The notes under the pieces were generated by a model that did not search any database, had not been told where the DNA came from, and saw only the letters and a program-made list of their open reading frames with translations. Positions 10,115-21,144 of a stretch of 64,000 nt of DNA are shown here, one piece after another (positions within the stretch are counted from its first letter, which is position 1; each line of letters starts with the position of its first letter). Both the position numbers and the translations under genes were made by a program. The DNA comes from an uncultured Alphaproteobacteria bacterium. GTDB lineage: Bacteria; Pseudomonadota; Alphaproteobacteria; RF32; CAG-239. The stretch is taken from positions 52,148 to 116,147 of the forward strand of contig CASFQO010000011.1 in NCBI GenBank assembly GCA_949297145.1. The letters are read 5' to 3'.

Positions 10115-10219
10115 ACTTTATAATAATAATTTAATTATATTCATATACTTAAAAAACCAACGTCAGTATAGATAAAGTTTTTTTCAAGTCAAACAGATTT
10201 AGCACCTTTTCATCTGCAC

Positions 10220-10252
10220 AAAAAAATAGGATGGCGCAAAGCACCACCCTAT
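10220..10252 (-). terminator. intrinsic terminator
   Basis: ATAGG..CCTAT hairpin plus U-tract after paralog B. Confidence 0.55.
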
Positions 10253-10265
10253 CTTTTGAATTTAA

Positions 10266-11264
10266 TCAAATCAGCCAACAACCTTTTTCACGGCTATTCG
10301 CCTTGATTGTCTTTCCGGAAGGTGTAAAATAAACACTGTCATCACCACAAATCAGCCGCACCAAGTTATTATCCACACTTTCGAGCAACATTTTCTCTTG
10401 TTTTTCCGTCTCTGCCTCAACAACACAACCATCAGCCGTCTGGCAAACAGATAAATGACGCATTTTACCACGAAGCAATTTATTCTCAGAAGAATACAAA
10501 GACCACTCTTCGCCAAACTTCAGCAAATACACTCCGTTAGCAAACCAAAAGGCCTCCTGAAATGCCTGTGCAATCACATTCAACTGCTCATCAAACAGCG
10601 CAAGATTTCCCTCATCTGTAGAATAAATAGCCACACTTCCGTCAGAATATTCCGTTTTGACAATATCACTTTTTGAACAAACAAAACATCCATTAAAAAG
10701 ACATTCAAATTTCTGAAAAGTACCAGCAATTTTATCAACCTTTGTAGAAAAAGCTACGCGATGCTGCAATAAGACAGACGCATCCGGCCGCACAAAAGCA
10801 ACCACAAAATCATTCGAATTTTTATTTTGAAAGACTTTCAAATCTTCATCAAAATAAGAAATTAAAATATACTCTATCAAAGAGCGATGAGGACTAACTT
10901 GAAACACTCTCCACGTATCTCTATCATCACACAAAGCAATAACATTCCCGCTAACACAAACTTTTTTTGCTTCACATTTAACATAGCAAAGAACATCATT
11001 TCCCGATGCATCAACCAGATACCAATAAGGAGAATTTTTCTTTTTGAAGAGTTTAAATCCCCACGGAAACAGCAAAACATCTTCCAAATCTGCTTCCAAC
11101 ACATGACCGGCATTGTCATATAAAACAACACCATCGGCATATCGCACGGCAAAAGAACCGTCATCAAATTTTCTCGCACCAAGTGCCGAACCGTAACTAG
11201 TTAAATTGTTACAAAGAATAACCTCTTTAGGCTCCAAAAATTGGGGTACAAATTTTGTTTCCAT
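10266..11264 (-). CDS. hypothetical beta-repeat protein, paralog B
   Basis: 332 aa; METKFV..FLEP.EVI.C..L..YG...GARKF shared with paralog A. Confidence 0.75.
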   Translation of the reverse strand: METKFVPQFLEPKEVILCNNLTSYGSALGARKFDDGSFAVRYADGVVLYDNAGHVLEADLEDVLLFPWGFKLFKKKNSPYWYLVDASGNDVLCYVKCEAKKVCVSGNVIALCDDRDTWRVFQVSPHRSLIEYILISYFDEDLKVFQNKNSNDFVVAFVRPDASVLLQHRVAFSTKVDKIAGTFQKFECLFNGCFVCSKSDIVKTEYSDGSVAIYSTDEGNLALFDEQLNVIAQAFQEAFWFANGVYLLKFGEEWSLYSSENKLLRGKMRHLSVCQTADGCVVEAETEKQEKMLLESVDNNLVRLICGDDSVYFTPSGKTIKANSREKGCWLI

Positions 11265-11415
11265 AAAAAATAAGATTTAATAAGATTAAACAAATAATAA
11301 TTACTAACTGAGAAACAATATAAGCCAAAGTTTTCTCAAGTCAAATACTTTCTCCCTTTAAAAAACAAGAATCTGCACTACATAATAAAACAACTAAAAC
11401 AAGGAGGAGAAAGAG

Positions 11416-11634
11416 ATGGGAAAGATAATCAGTTATATCATATATTTTTTAATAGCGATTGCGATATATGTCTTTATCCGCGCTTCATTTACCGGAGAGA
11501 TAAATTCAAACACGACCATTGGTCAAGCCGCAACAGAAGTTAAGAATGGAAGCATTCAAACTCTAACAGATATGAAGAATGATGCTTCATCCGCCATCAA
11601 CGACTTAAAAAAGGATACGGCTCCCAACAAATAA
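11416..11634 (+). CDS. small membrane-anchored protein
   Basis: SD AAGGAGG; N-terminal TM helix. Confidence 0.7.
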   Translation: MGKIISYIIYFLIAIAIYVFIRASFTGEINSNTTIGQAATEVKNGSIQTLTDMKNDASSAINDLKKDTAPNK

Positions 11635-11664
11635 CATCACCCCCAATAAGGGGATTCAAAATAC

Positions 11665-11694
11665 AAAAAGAGCGCCCCACAGAGGACGCTCTTT
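11665..11694 (-). terminator. rplQ terminator
   Basis: AAAGAGCG..CGCTCTTT hairpin. Confidence 0.7.
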
Positions 11695-11713
11695 CAAACC
11701 AATACTGTTAAGC

Positions 11714-12166
11714 TTAAGCGGCAGCAGCTTCAGAAGCATTTTGAGCAGCTTCAGCAGCAGCTTTTTCAGCCTTAACGCGTTCAATATCTTTGAAACCTTT
11801 GGCATTAACATCTCTGTCAACCAATTCGATAATTGCCATCGGAGCGCAGTCACCATATCTGTAACCAGCTTTCAAAACGCGTGTATAACCACCGTTACGT
11901 TCTTTATAACGCTCAGCTAAAACAGAAAAGAGTTTAGCAACAACTTCATTATTGCGCAAGAAAGACAAAGCCAAACGACGAGAATTCAAATCACCTTTTT
12001 TAGCATAAGTAATCATGCTCTCGGCAAAAGTTCTTAATTCTTTAGCACGAGGAAGAGTAACAGTAATTTGTTCGTGAGTGAACAAAGCATTAGTTAAATT
12101 AGCAAATAACGCTCTTCTTTGGCTTTTCGGCATATTAAAGCGTCTGTGTGCATCACCATGTCTCAT
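11714..12166 (-). CDS. rplQ: 50S ribosomal protein L17 (with Ala-rich C-terminal tail)
   Basis: MRHG...TLPRAKELR...R.GGYTRVLKAG.R.GD.APMAIIELV; true start at ATG 12166. Confidence 0.97.
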   Translation of the reverse strand: MRHGDAHRRFNMPKSQRRALFANLTNALFTHEQITVTLPRAKELRTFAESMITYAKKGDLNSRRLALSFLRNNEVVAKLFSVLAERYKERNGGYTRVLKAGYRYGDCAPMAIIELVDRDVNAKGFKDIERVKAEKAAAEAAQNASEAAAA

Positions 12167-12301
12167 AGTATAAACCTTTCCATTAACTGAGCCCCGGAGC
12201 CCGGAGCGGATAAAACCAAATTCCGCACCACCTTCATGAATGCAGAAAAACTTTGAAATCCCCTTCAATCAACTCTTTTCCATTTGACACATAAAGCCCA
12301 C

Positions 12302-12343
12302 AAAAAAGAGCCAAATTTCTGACGATTCTCAAAAATCTGGCTC
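12302..12343 (-). terminator. terminator of the 14414/13305 gene pair
   Basis: GAGCCA...TGGCTC long hairpin plus U6. Confidence 0.65.
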
Positions 12344-12402
12344 ACTAATACACTATTAAATTCAATTTGTAAAGTATTTTCAGCATTTAGCCTAAAAAAA
12401 CA

Positions 12403-13305
12403 TCACCTTGTCAACCGGCGTTCCATCATAGCCTTGAGCGTAGCGGCATTAACTTCCGTTCCTTTTTCCACCTCTTTTTCACCATCTTCAACGCTTTCCA
12501 TGGTGTAGCCCTGTTTATCAACTTTTGCCTTCAGTGTATCTGTTCCATATTCGGTTGAAGTTTGTGCATTTAACTTCATCTCTCCATGACGAGACATCCG
12601 CACATCAAATTCGGAAATTTCTCCTTCATTTGCTCTGTCATCATATGTCGCATGGACAGAAACAGCCCCACCGCGACCGACATTCATCGTTCCTTTTAAA
12701 TGCCCCATATCTTCGCCCTCGGCCTTTATAGCCATTCTATTGCCGCTTTGCGAAAAGGCAAATTTCATATCATCGCCTTGAAGTTGAGCCTCCACACGTT
12801 GCCCCTTTTGAGCCACATCCAAAACAACACCGTCACTCTGAAAACGTCCGACAACATTTCCGGTCCGTTCATCTTTTTGCATAACGCCGGTCAACTGACC
12901 ATTTTCGTCATACAAAGCCGCACTGCTACGCATATTTCCTTGAGATGTTTGGATTCGACTTCCATCTTGCCCGACAATTTCCATATTAAACGGTTTACCG
13001 TCAAACCCGCCGCTCAACGAATACTTATTGCCTTCCAACATATAATTAAATTTCTGTCCATCTGTTCTGAGCGTAGCTTTAACTTCTTTTAATTTATCCA
13101 AATCATACGTATCCAAAACACGCTGCACGCCATCACTCATGCCGGCACATTGCTCTTTTAATTCAGCCATAAGAGCCTGTCTTTGTGCTTCAGTCCAAGA
13201 GATAGTCGCTTTGTCTTCATGGGCACCCTCATTTGCTTGTACTTGCCCGGCACCGGCCAAAGCAGCCCCCATCATCACAACTGTTTCAGCATTTACACCA
13301 CTCAT
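12403..13305 (-). CDS. orphan protein with shared N-terminal leader, beta-rich body and Arg-rich tail
   Basis: 300 aa, SD GGAG; N-terminus similar to 13344..14414. Confidence 0.8.
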   Translation of the reverse strand: MSGVNAETVVMMGAALAGAGQVQANEGAHEDKATISWTEAQRQALMAELKEQCAGMSDGVQRVLDTYDLDKLKEVKATLRTDGQKFNYMLEGNKYSLSGGFDGKPFNMEIVGQDGSRIQTSQGNMRSSAALYDENGQLTGVMQKDERTGNVVGRFQSDGVVLDVAQKGQRVEAQLQGDDMKFAFSQSGNRMAIKAEGEDMGHLKGTMNVGRGGAVSVHATYDDRANEGEISEFDVRMSRHGEMKLNAQTSTEYGTDTLKAKVDKQGYTMESVEDGEKEVEKGTEVNAATLKAMMERRLTR

Positions 13306-13343
13306 AGCTTTTCTCCATTTATTAACCTAATAATCACAATCCA

Positions 13344-14414
13344 CTATTCCCTAAAGGATTGCATTTTATTCAACATTGCCATATTAGCCACATTCAATTT
13401 TTCTGCCTGAGCTTGACGATTTTCATTTGCCAATTTCTGAGCTAATTCAGGATATTTATGCAACATCGGCAATTTCGCCCTTTCGCGACTTTCCTCGTTA
13501 GCATACTGAGGCTCTTTATCAATTCTTTGGCAATAATTTCTCAACTCTTCTAATTTTAAATTTTCTTTATCTGCAGCAGAAAGTTTATCATCACGATCAA
13601 TAGCGTCCATAACATTCATGGTTACATTTTGATCCACCCATCTTTTCCGCCCAAACATTTCAAGTTTCATTCTCTCTTCCACATTTTCGGGAGTAGCTTG
13701 CTTATTTGCTACCAACAAGTCGTTGCGAACATTTTTTTCAATAGTTTTCTCATCATAAGCATCCTTAAAATGTTCTCTCATATAATCAGCAGCCACCATC
13801 GCCGAAGCATGGTCAAATTTTTCCATCGCATACTTTAAGGTCAAGAATGTCTGAGTATTAACAGATTCACTAATATTAGGATTAACTTTCTTAGCAAATT
13901 CCCCCTGTGCGATAATTCTATCAGCTGGAGCTAATTGTTGATATTTTTCAGTTTTCATAAAAGCTTTTATCGGAGATTCTTTATCTTCAATACTCCTTAA
14001 AGTTTCATCATTACCTGCCAGATAATAAGGTTGATTATACTCACGACGAAATTTATGAGTAACAAGAATTTGCTCTTCTTCACTTAATTTCTTATACGCA
14101 TCGGAACTCTGAAAACGTGCAACTCTTTCCTCATTTTGCTTATAAATATTTTGATTAACGCTGTCCATATATTGATTAACAACAGCCTCTTGAGCTTTAG
14201 TCGGGAATAAGGCATAAACCATCCCTTGTCCTTCAACAAAATAAGCCAACGTCTGCCCATCAGCATCTTTTATTGGTTCACCTTTAGACATCCCTTGAGC
14301 TTCTTCCCAAGAAATTGTTTTATTATCTTGAGTTTGCGCCTGAGCATCAACATTGGCACCGGCAGCCAATGCCGCACCTGCCATCACAACTGTTTCTACA
14401 TTTATCCCGCTCAT
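13344..14414 (-). CDS. orphan protein with shared N-terminal leader and helical body
   Basis: 356 aa, SD GGAG, promoter TTGCTA-N17-TATACT upstream. Confidence 0.8.
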   Translation of the reverse strand: MSGINVETVVMAGAALAAGANVDAQAQTQDNKTISWEEAQGMSKGEPIKDADGQTLAYFVEGQGMVYALFPTKAQEAVVNQYMDSVNQNIYKQNEERVARFQSSDAYKKLSEEEQILVTHKFRREYNQPYYLAGNDETLRSIEDKESPIKAFMKTEKYQQLAPADRIIAQGEFAKKVNPNISESVNTQTFLTLKYAMEKFDHASAMVAADYMREHFKDAYDEKTIEKNVRNDLLVANKQATPENVEERMKLEMFGRKRWVDQNVTMNVMDAIDRDDKLSAADKENLKLEELRNYCQRIDKEPQYANEESRERAKLPMLHKYPELAQKLANENRQAQAEKLNVANMAMLNKMQSFRE

Positions 14415-14480
14415 AACACGTCTCCACTAATTTTCCATTACTCACAGTATAACACAAACCGCCCCATATAGCAAGCATAA

Positions 14481-15890
14481 TCAGCGTTGGCAAAGCGTCT
14501 GAAATTCATTTAATTTATGCTGATACATCTCTTCATTTTCCCCTTTAAGAGGCTGATGTTTACGAGCAATCACATACTGCGGCAAAAGTTTTTTAATTTC
14601 ATGAATATCTCTGCCCCACATTTCCGGACGAATACGAATTTTCTTTCCCTGACCGGCAGAAACTTTTGGTGTGATTTCACCAGTTTCCGCATCTTCAAAA
14701 TTCTGTAAAACCAAATCAAAATTCTCTAAACCGTGAGGGATTAAAAATTGAATTGTTTCCCCCGCTTCAATATAATTTCTCAATTCAAAAATGGCATCAT
14801 CACCCTGCCATTCAACAATAGAGCCCGCAAACAACCATTCTCCCAACGTGCGCGTATATTCATAATTTTGGCTGATATTGGTAATTTTACCGTCATGAAA
14901 GCCCAAACAATAACCGCGATTTTGCAGCGTCATCAATTCCGGCATATATTTATCACTCGACCAAGTTTTAGGATTTGCGTAATAATCATCAATAGCCTGA
15001 CGATAAGCTCTGGCAACCACACCGGCGTAATATTCGGTCTTATTACGTCCTTCCACTTTGAGGGAATCCATACCGATTCGCAACAAATCATTTAAGCGCG
15101 GCATCAAACACATATCTTTTGAATTAAGCATATAGCTGCCATGCTCGTCTTCAACCACTTCATAATATTCTCCCGGACGAAAATCTTCTTCCAACAAATA
15201 CTCAAAGTTATTTTTATTTTCGTCATTAATAACGAGTTCGCGAATAGTGCCGTCTTTCATCCGAAGATGCAGTTTATAGTGCCATCTGCAGCAATGTGCA
15301 CATTTCCCCTTATTGGCGCTTCTGTCGGCTAAGAAGTTCGAGATTAAACACCGTCCCGAATAAGACATGCACATCGCCCCATGCATAAAGCACTCTAATT
15401 CAATATCCGGACATTGTTTGCGAATTTCTGCCATTTCCGCAAAAGTAACTTCCCGTCCGAGCACACAAAGTTTCGCCCCCATGGATTGCCAAAACTTAAC
15501 CGTTTGCGCCGAACAAATATTAGCTTGGGTTGAAACAAAACGATTAAGTTCCGGAGCATTTTCTTTTAAGTAATAAAAGACGCCGGGATCTGCCACGAGC
15601 ACCCCATCCGGATGCAATCTTTTAAGTGTTTCTACAAATTGCGGCAATTTTTCCGCCTCTTCATTATGGATATAAAGATTAAGCGTCAAATAAATTTTTT
15701 TACCCATCTCATGAACGATTCGAATCCCCTCTTCCAATTCTTCCAAAGAAAATTTGGATTGCGTTCTGAGACTCATATCTGGCGTTCCGGCATACACGGC
15801 ATCTGCCCCATAAAGAAGCGCTGTTTTCAATTTAACCAAAGAACCGGCCGGCAACAAAAGTTCCGCATTATGCATTTTTTTATCCTTCAC
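14481..15890 (-). CDS. U32 peptidase family protein (TrhP/YegQ-like)
   Basis: ELLLPAG, GADAVY, HGAMCMSYSGRCLIS, N.G.C.H.CRW, SLKVEGR. Confidence 0.9.
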   Translation of the reverse strand: MKDKKMHNAELLLPAGSLVKLKTALLYGADAVYAGTPDMSLRTQSKFSLEELEEGIRIVHEMGKKIYLTLNLYIHNEEAEKLPQFVETLKRLHPDGVLVADPGVFYYLKENAPELNRFVSTQANICSAQTVKFWQSMGAKLCVLGREVTFAEMAEIRKQCPDIELECFMHGAMCMSYSGRCLISNFLADRSANKGKCAHCCRWHYKLHLRMKDGTIRELVINDENKNNFEYLLEEDFRPGEYYEVVEDEHGSYMLNSKDMCLMPRLNDLLRIGMDSLKVEGRNKTEYYAGVVARAYRQAIDDYYANPKTWSSDKYMPELMTLQNRGYCLGFHDGKITNISQNYEYTRTLGEWLFAGSIVEWQGDDAIFELRNYIEAGETIQFLIPHGLENFDLVLQNFEDAETGEITPKVSAGQGKKIRIRPEMWGRDIHEIKKLLPQYVIARKHQPLKGENEEMYQHKLNEFQTLCQR

Positions 15891-15895
15891 AATTT

Positions 15896-16684
15896 TTACT
15901 TAATTTTTAAACTCGTTGGTACTACTTTTAGCGCGCCGAGAGGCGTGGAGTCAATCCTTATTTCAAGCACGTAAGGCAATTTTGCCTTTTGTTCAACTCC
16001 AATCCAAAAATAAATCGGTGTTTCCGCACTGACATCCCATAAAATATTATCATTATTGTCTTTCAGGTTTTCTATATAAAGAGAGCATTTATAAGAATTT
16101 TCGGTACGTTTAAGCAAATCAAAATATCGATTCTCCGTTCCTTCGTCTTGAGCAATAACCCGATAATGTTTTTTACCGTCATAAACTTCTCTGACCAAAG
16201 CGCAACTGCGCGTCTGATTAAAATTACCGATTAACTCTGCAAAAATAGTTTGCAAATCGGCCGCATCTGCCGTTTTAGGCACATCTTTAATCGGAACGAC
16301 ATTTTTCTTTGCATCTTTAGTAGAGATTCGCTGATAAGCATATCCATTTTCATCATAAAAGATTTTCTTGGTTCGAACATGATTACGTGATTTTGTATAC
16401 GTCTGATAAATTTCAGGCAAAATATCCCTAACTTTTCCCTTGGTTTCAAAAACACTACCTTTGCTGGAATAACGCCCTACAAAAGGATATATAGTATCAA
16501 AAAAGTTAGCGGTTTTCACTTCTGCGCTAATCTGATACTCAGCAGGCGTCGCCTTATAATCAAGCACTATTGTAGCCGCATCAAAAACCCCAATACTAAC
16601 GTCCATTTTCTGTTCAAACCCATTAGCCTGAACCTGACCGATGAACCCACAAAAAACAAACCAAAATAAAAATATTTTTTTCAC
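15896..16684 (-). CDS. exported DUF3108-like protein
   Basis: Signal peptide; D....F...C...VYDGKK.Y pattern. Confidence 0.65.
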   Translation of the reverse strand: MKKIFLFWFVFCGFIGQVQANGFEQKMDVSIGVFDAATIVLDYKATPAEYQISAEVKTANFFDTIYPFVGRYSSKGSVFETKGKVRDILPEIYQTYTKSRNHVRTKKIFYDENGYAYQRISTKDAKKNVVPIKDVPKTADAADLQTIFAELIGNFNQTRSCALVREVYDGKKHYRVIAQDEGTENRYFDLLKRTENSYKCSLYIENLKDNNDNILWDVSAETPIYFWIGVEQKAKLPYVLEIRIDSTPLGALKVVPTSLKIK

Positions 16685-16764
16685 GAAAATTTTAGCCTTT
16701 CTTAAATTTTTTCATTTAAATTCATCCACATGAAAACAAGACATAACATATAAGGGGTTAAATA

Positions 16765-17676
16765 ATGACTAAAAAAGTAATGGTTTTGATGGGAGGTTTC
16801 TCATCAGAACGCGAAGTAAGCCTGCAAAGCGGAAAAAGCATCGCTGCTGCCTTAAAAAACAAAGGCTATGAAGTAACCACACATGATTTGAAAGATACGC
16901 AAAAATTAATCAAAGCCTTAAACACACAAAAACCTGATGTTGTTTTTAATGCTCTGCACGGTAACTGGGGCGAGGATGGAACGATTCCGGCTCTGCTCGA
17001 CTTACTACAAATCCCCTACACTCATTCCGGCATGGTTGCCTCCTGCCTTGGCATGAATAAATATATATGCAAACTCATCGCCGAAAAAGCAAACGTAAAA
17101 ACCGCTTTCGGGCGCAAAATGACTGCCAAAGAATTTATAACCATTGGCGCCACCCTTGCCCGCCCGTTTGTCGTCAAACCTGTATCAGACGGCTCATCGG
17201 TTGGGGTGTTTATTGTAAAAAATCCGGAAGACATTTTCAAAATTCGTTACAATGATCCCGAAACCGAATTAATTGTAGAAAAATATATCCCCGGACAAGA
17301 ACTAACCGTGATGTGCTACCAGGGCAAAGCCCACGTTGTAACCGAACTAAAACCTAAAAACGGTTTTTATGATTATGAACATAAATATACTTCTGGCGAA
17401 ACCTTCCACGTTCTACCGGCAAATCTACCTGAAGATGTCACAAACACATGCTTAGCTTATGCTGAAACCATGCATAACAAACTAGGCTGCAAAACCGTTT
17501 CAAGATGTGATTTTCGCTATAATCCAGAAGACGGCGTTGTCTTTTTGGAAATCAACACCCACCCCGGAATGACGGCCTTATCGCTTGTCCCCGAACAAGC
17601 CAAATACATCGGGGTTTCATATGAAGAATTGTGTCAAAATCTTGTGGAAGAAGCCTCATGCCGCGCCTTAAAATAA
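16765..17676 (+). CDS. ddl: D-alanine--D-alanine ligase
   Basis: MGGFSSEREVS, LHG.WGEDG, GSSVG, LEINTHPGMT. Confidence 0.96.
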   Translation: MTKKVMVLMGGFSSEREVSLQSGKSIAAALKNKGYEVTTHDLKDTQKLIKALNTQKPDVVFNALHGNWGEDGTIPALLDLLQIPYTHSGMVASCLGMNKYICKLIAEKANVKTAFGRKMTAKEFITIGATLARPFVVKPVSDGSSVGVFIVKNPEDIFKIRYNDPETELIVEKYIPGQELTVMCYQGKAHVVTELKPKNGFYDYEHKYTSGETFHVLPANLPEDVTNTCLAYAETMHNKLGCKTVSRCDFRYNPEDGVVFLEINTHPGMTALSLVPEQAKYIGVSYEELCQNLVEEASCRALK

Positions 17677-18638
17677 ACACCTCCCCCATCATCATCATCG
17701 CCGGTCCCACCGCCTCCGGAAAATCCGGATTAGGTATAGATTTGGCCAAACGATTAAACGGCGTCATCATCAACGCCGATTCTATGCAGGTGTATAAAGA
17801 AATCCCGATATTAGCGGCCACCCCTACCCCTCAAGAACAAGCAGAAATTCCTCATAAACTATATGGAATATATGAAGCATCTAATCGGGGCAACGTTATG
17901 GATTGGTTAGTCCTCTGCAAACAAGAAATTGATACGGCGCGCCAAAACCGTCAAACACCTATCGTCATAGGAGGAACGGGGATGTATCTGGACGCATTGA
18001 TAAACGGTCTAAGCCCAATACCGGAAACCCCTCAAACCATACGAGATAAAGTTGAAAATATGCTGCAAGAAAAAGGTCTGGAACATCTCTATGAAATCAT
18101 CCAAAAAACGGACCCAAAAACTGCGCAAAAACTGAGTCCGAACGACAGCACCAGAATTCGCCGCGCCGTAGAGATTTGGTTAGACACCAACAAACCCGTA
18201 TCCTATTGGCACAATATCGCACCAAAACCATTTTATCCGGCTCAAAATTTCTTTAAAATATACATCAAACCGGAAAGAAGCGAACTGGATAAACGCGCTC
18301 GCCTCCGCTTTGATAAGATGATGGAAATGGGAGCATTAGATGAAGTCAAAAAACTTTTACCTCTGCACTTATCCGATTCTCTTCCGGCGATGCGCGCGCT
18401 GGGTGTCCAAGAGTTGAAATCCTTTCTTGAAAACAAATGCACCCTAGAAGAAGCCATCGAATTAGGCAAATTGCACACGCGCCAATATGCCAAACGTCAA
18501 AGCACCTGGTTTAACAATCGTTTCAACGCCGACGCCGTTTATCCGGAATGTTATGGTAAAGATTTAGAAAAGGACAATTTTTTTGTTGATGAACTTGTTG
18601 ATAAATTGCAAAAGAGGTATAAAATTCTTGCAAAATAA
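17658..18638 (+). CDS. miaA: tRNA dimethylallyltransferase
   Basis: GPTASGKS, NADSMQVY, GGTGMY, TRQYAKRQ.TWF; start ATG 17658 overlaps ddl. Confidence 0.96.
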   Translation: MPRLKINTSPIIIIAGPTASGKSGLGIDLAKRLNGVIINADSMQVYKEIPILAATPTPQEQAEIPHKLYGIYEASNRGNVMDWLVLCKQEIDTARQNRQTPIVIGGTGMYLDALINGLSPIPETPQTIRDKVENMLQEKGLEHLYEIIQKTDPKTAQKLSPNDSTRIRRAVEIWLDTNKPVSYWHNIAPKPFYPAQNFFKIYIKPERSELDKRARLRFDKMMEMGALDEVKKLLPLHLSDSLPAMRALGVQELKSFLENKCTLEEAIELGKLHTRQYAKRQSTWFNNRFNADAVYPECYGKDLEKDNFFVDELVDKLQKRYKILAK

Positions 18639-18670
18639 ACGAATTTTTCTTAAAAAAGAAAGAAATATGA

Positions 18671-19729
<1,059 letters not shown>

Positions 19730-19750
19730 TTCCTTCACAAAGGATGCGCC

Positions 19751-20614
19751 ATGAAACGTGAAAGAGTTCTTTTTCTAAAAGAAAATTATGTATTACGAGT
19801 TTTGAAGAGCTTTTTCTTAGCAGGGCTGTTTATTATAGCCCTGCTGTTAGTTTTGGTGCACAAAATTGACATAAACATCGTTTCCGGCGTATCAAGGAGC
19901 GTTATGTTCGTTGTTACCCCGCTCATTCATGTGGCCTCACTTCCGGCAGAAGGCTTAGGATACGGCTATAAAAAGATTGCAGAAATCATGTATATTCATG
20001 AAGAAAACGAGCGTTTACGTCAAGAAAATCAAGAGTTATATTTGCTAAAAGACCGCATGCGTGCCCTGCAAACCGAAAACCGAATTTTCAAAAAGCTCTT
20101 ACACCATATAGATATCCCGCAAACAAAGAGTTATACAGCTCGTGTTATTGCCGAAAATGACAATGCTTTCAGCAATTCGCTAATACTCTATTTAGGCAAC
20201 GCCGCAGATTTCATCAAAAGCGGATATGCAGTCGTTAATGCCTCAGGCTTAATTGGCCGAATAGAAATTGTAAGTGGCAAATATGCACGTGTTACCCTCA
20301 TCACGGATATTAACTCTAAAATTCCGGTTGTCTCACTAAAAAGCCGTGATAGAGGAATTTTGGTCGGTAACAACACCCGTAGCCTAAATCTGATTTTTCC
20401 GCCATTGATGGCCGAATTACATAAAGGTGATATTTTAGTAACATCCGGCTCCGGCGGTGGATTACCACCTGATATACCTGTCGCAAAAATAAAAAGAGCC
20501 GGTGTTGATACCATAACCGCCACTCCGTTATTTTCGCCTTCTGAATTAGAAATTGTAAAAATCATTGCCTACGACGTTATGCCTGATGAAGCAACCGCCA
20601 AGGAGCTGCAATAA
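19751..20614 (+). CDS. mreC: rod shape-determining protein MreC
   Basis: TM plus coiled coil, GLIGRI, GD.LVTSG.GG; operon position. Confidence 0.92.
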   Translation: MKRERVLFLKENYVLRVLKSFFLAGLFIIALLLVLVHKIDINIVSGVSRSVMFVVTPLIHVASLPAEGLGYGYKKIAEIMYIHEENERLRQENQELYLLKDRMRALQTENRIFKKLLHHIDIPQTKSYTARVIAENDNAFSNSLILYLGNAADFIKSGYAVVNASGLIGRIEIVSGKYARVTLITDINSKIPVVSLKSRDRGILVGNNTRSLNLIFPPLMAELHKGDILVTSGSGGGLPPDIPVAKIKRAGVDTITATPLFSPSELEIVKIIAYDVMPDEATAKELQ

Positions 20615-21144
20615 TGTCGGAAATAAAGAATTTCTGCGCCATTTTAGCAACCTACCTTATCCCTCCGATAAGTGTTATTTTAATAGATTTACTTTTTTAT
20701 ATTCCACGTTCTTCAGATTTTTGGAATTTCACCCGCCTTGTACCGTTTTATACCGGCGTATATTTTTGGTTAAGCCAACGTCCGGACGCGTTCAATGGCA
20801 TCACCGCCTTTATCTTAGGAACAGTAGCCGATGTCATAAGTGCAACCCCGCTTGGAATAAATATTCTGACCTTTCTGTTTTTATATTACTGGGGAACAAG
20901 ACTATCAACATACTTTAATGTCAAAAAATTTTCATATGCATGGCTCTTGTTTGCACTTACAATTTTTATAACCATTGCATTTAAATTTTTAATTACCAGC
21001 ACTTTTCATCGTAGTTTTGTACCTCTCAATCAGACCTTATTAGAGCTGCTGCTGACAATTACCATTTACCCCATACTGACTTGCTACTACATATGGGTAG
21101 AGCGCCATTACATACATCTGGAGGAACGTTATGAAAAAATCTAA
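20614..21144 (+). CDS. mreD: rod shape-determining protein MreD
   Basis: Hydrophobic; YFW...RP, G...D.....PLG; position between mreC and mrdA. Confidence 0.85.
   Translation: MSEIKNFCAILATYLIPPISVILIDLLFYIPRSSDFWNFTRLVPFYTGVYFWLSQRPDAFNGITAFILGTVADVISATPLGINILTFLFLYYWGTRLSTYFNVKKFSYAWLLFALTIFITIAFKFLITSTFHRSFVPLNQTLLELLLTITIYPILTCYYIWVERHYIHLEERYEKI

Noticed and set aside
12167-12268. N-terminal extensions of rplQ (also of rpsM, miaA and the 4338 lipoprotein) in the ORF track
   Set aside because: Downstream starts match the family N-termini, so the extensions are longest-ORF artefacts.
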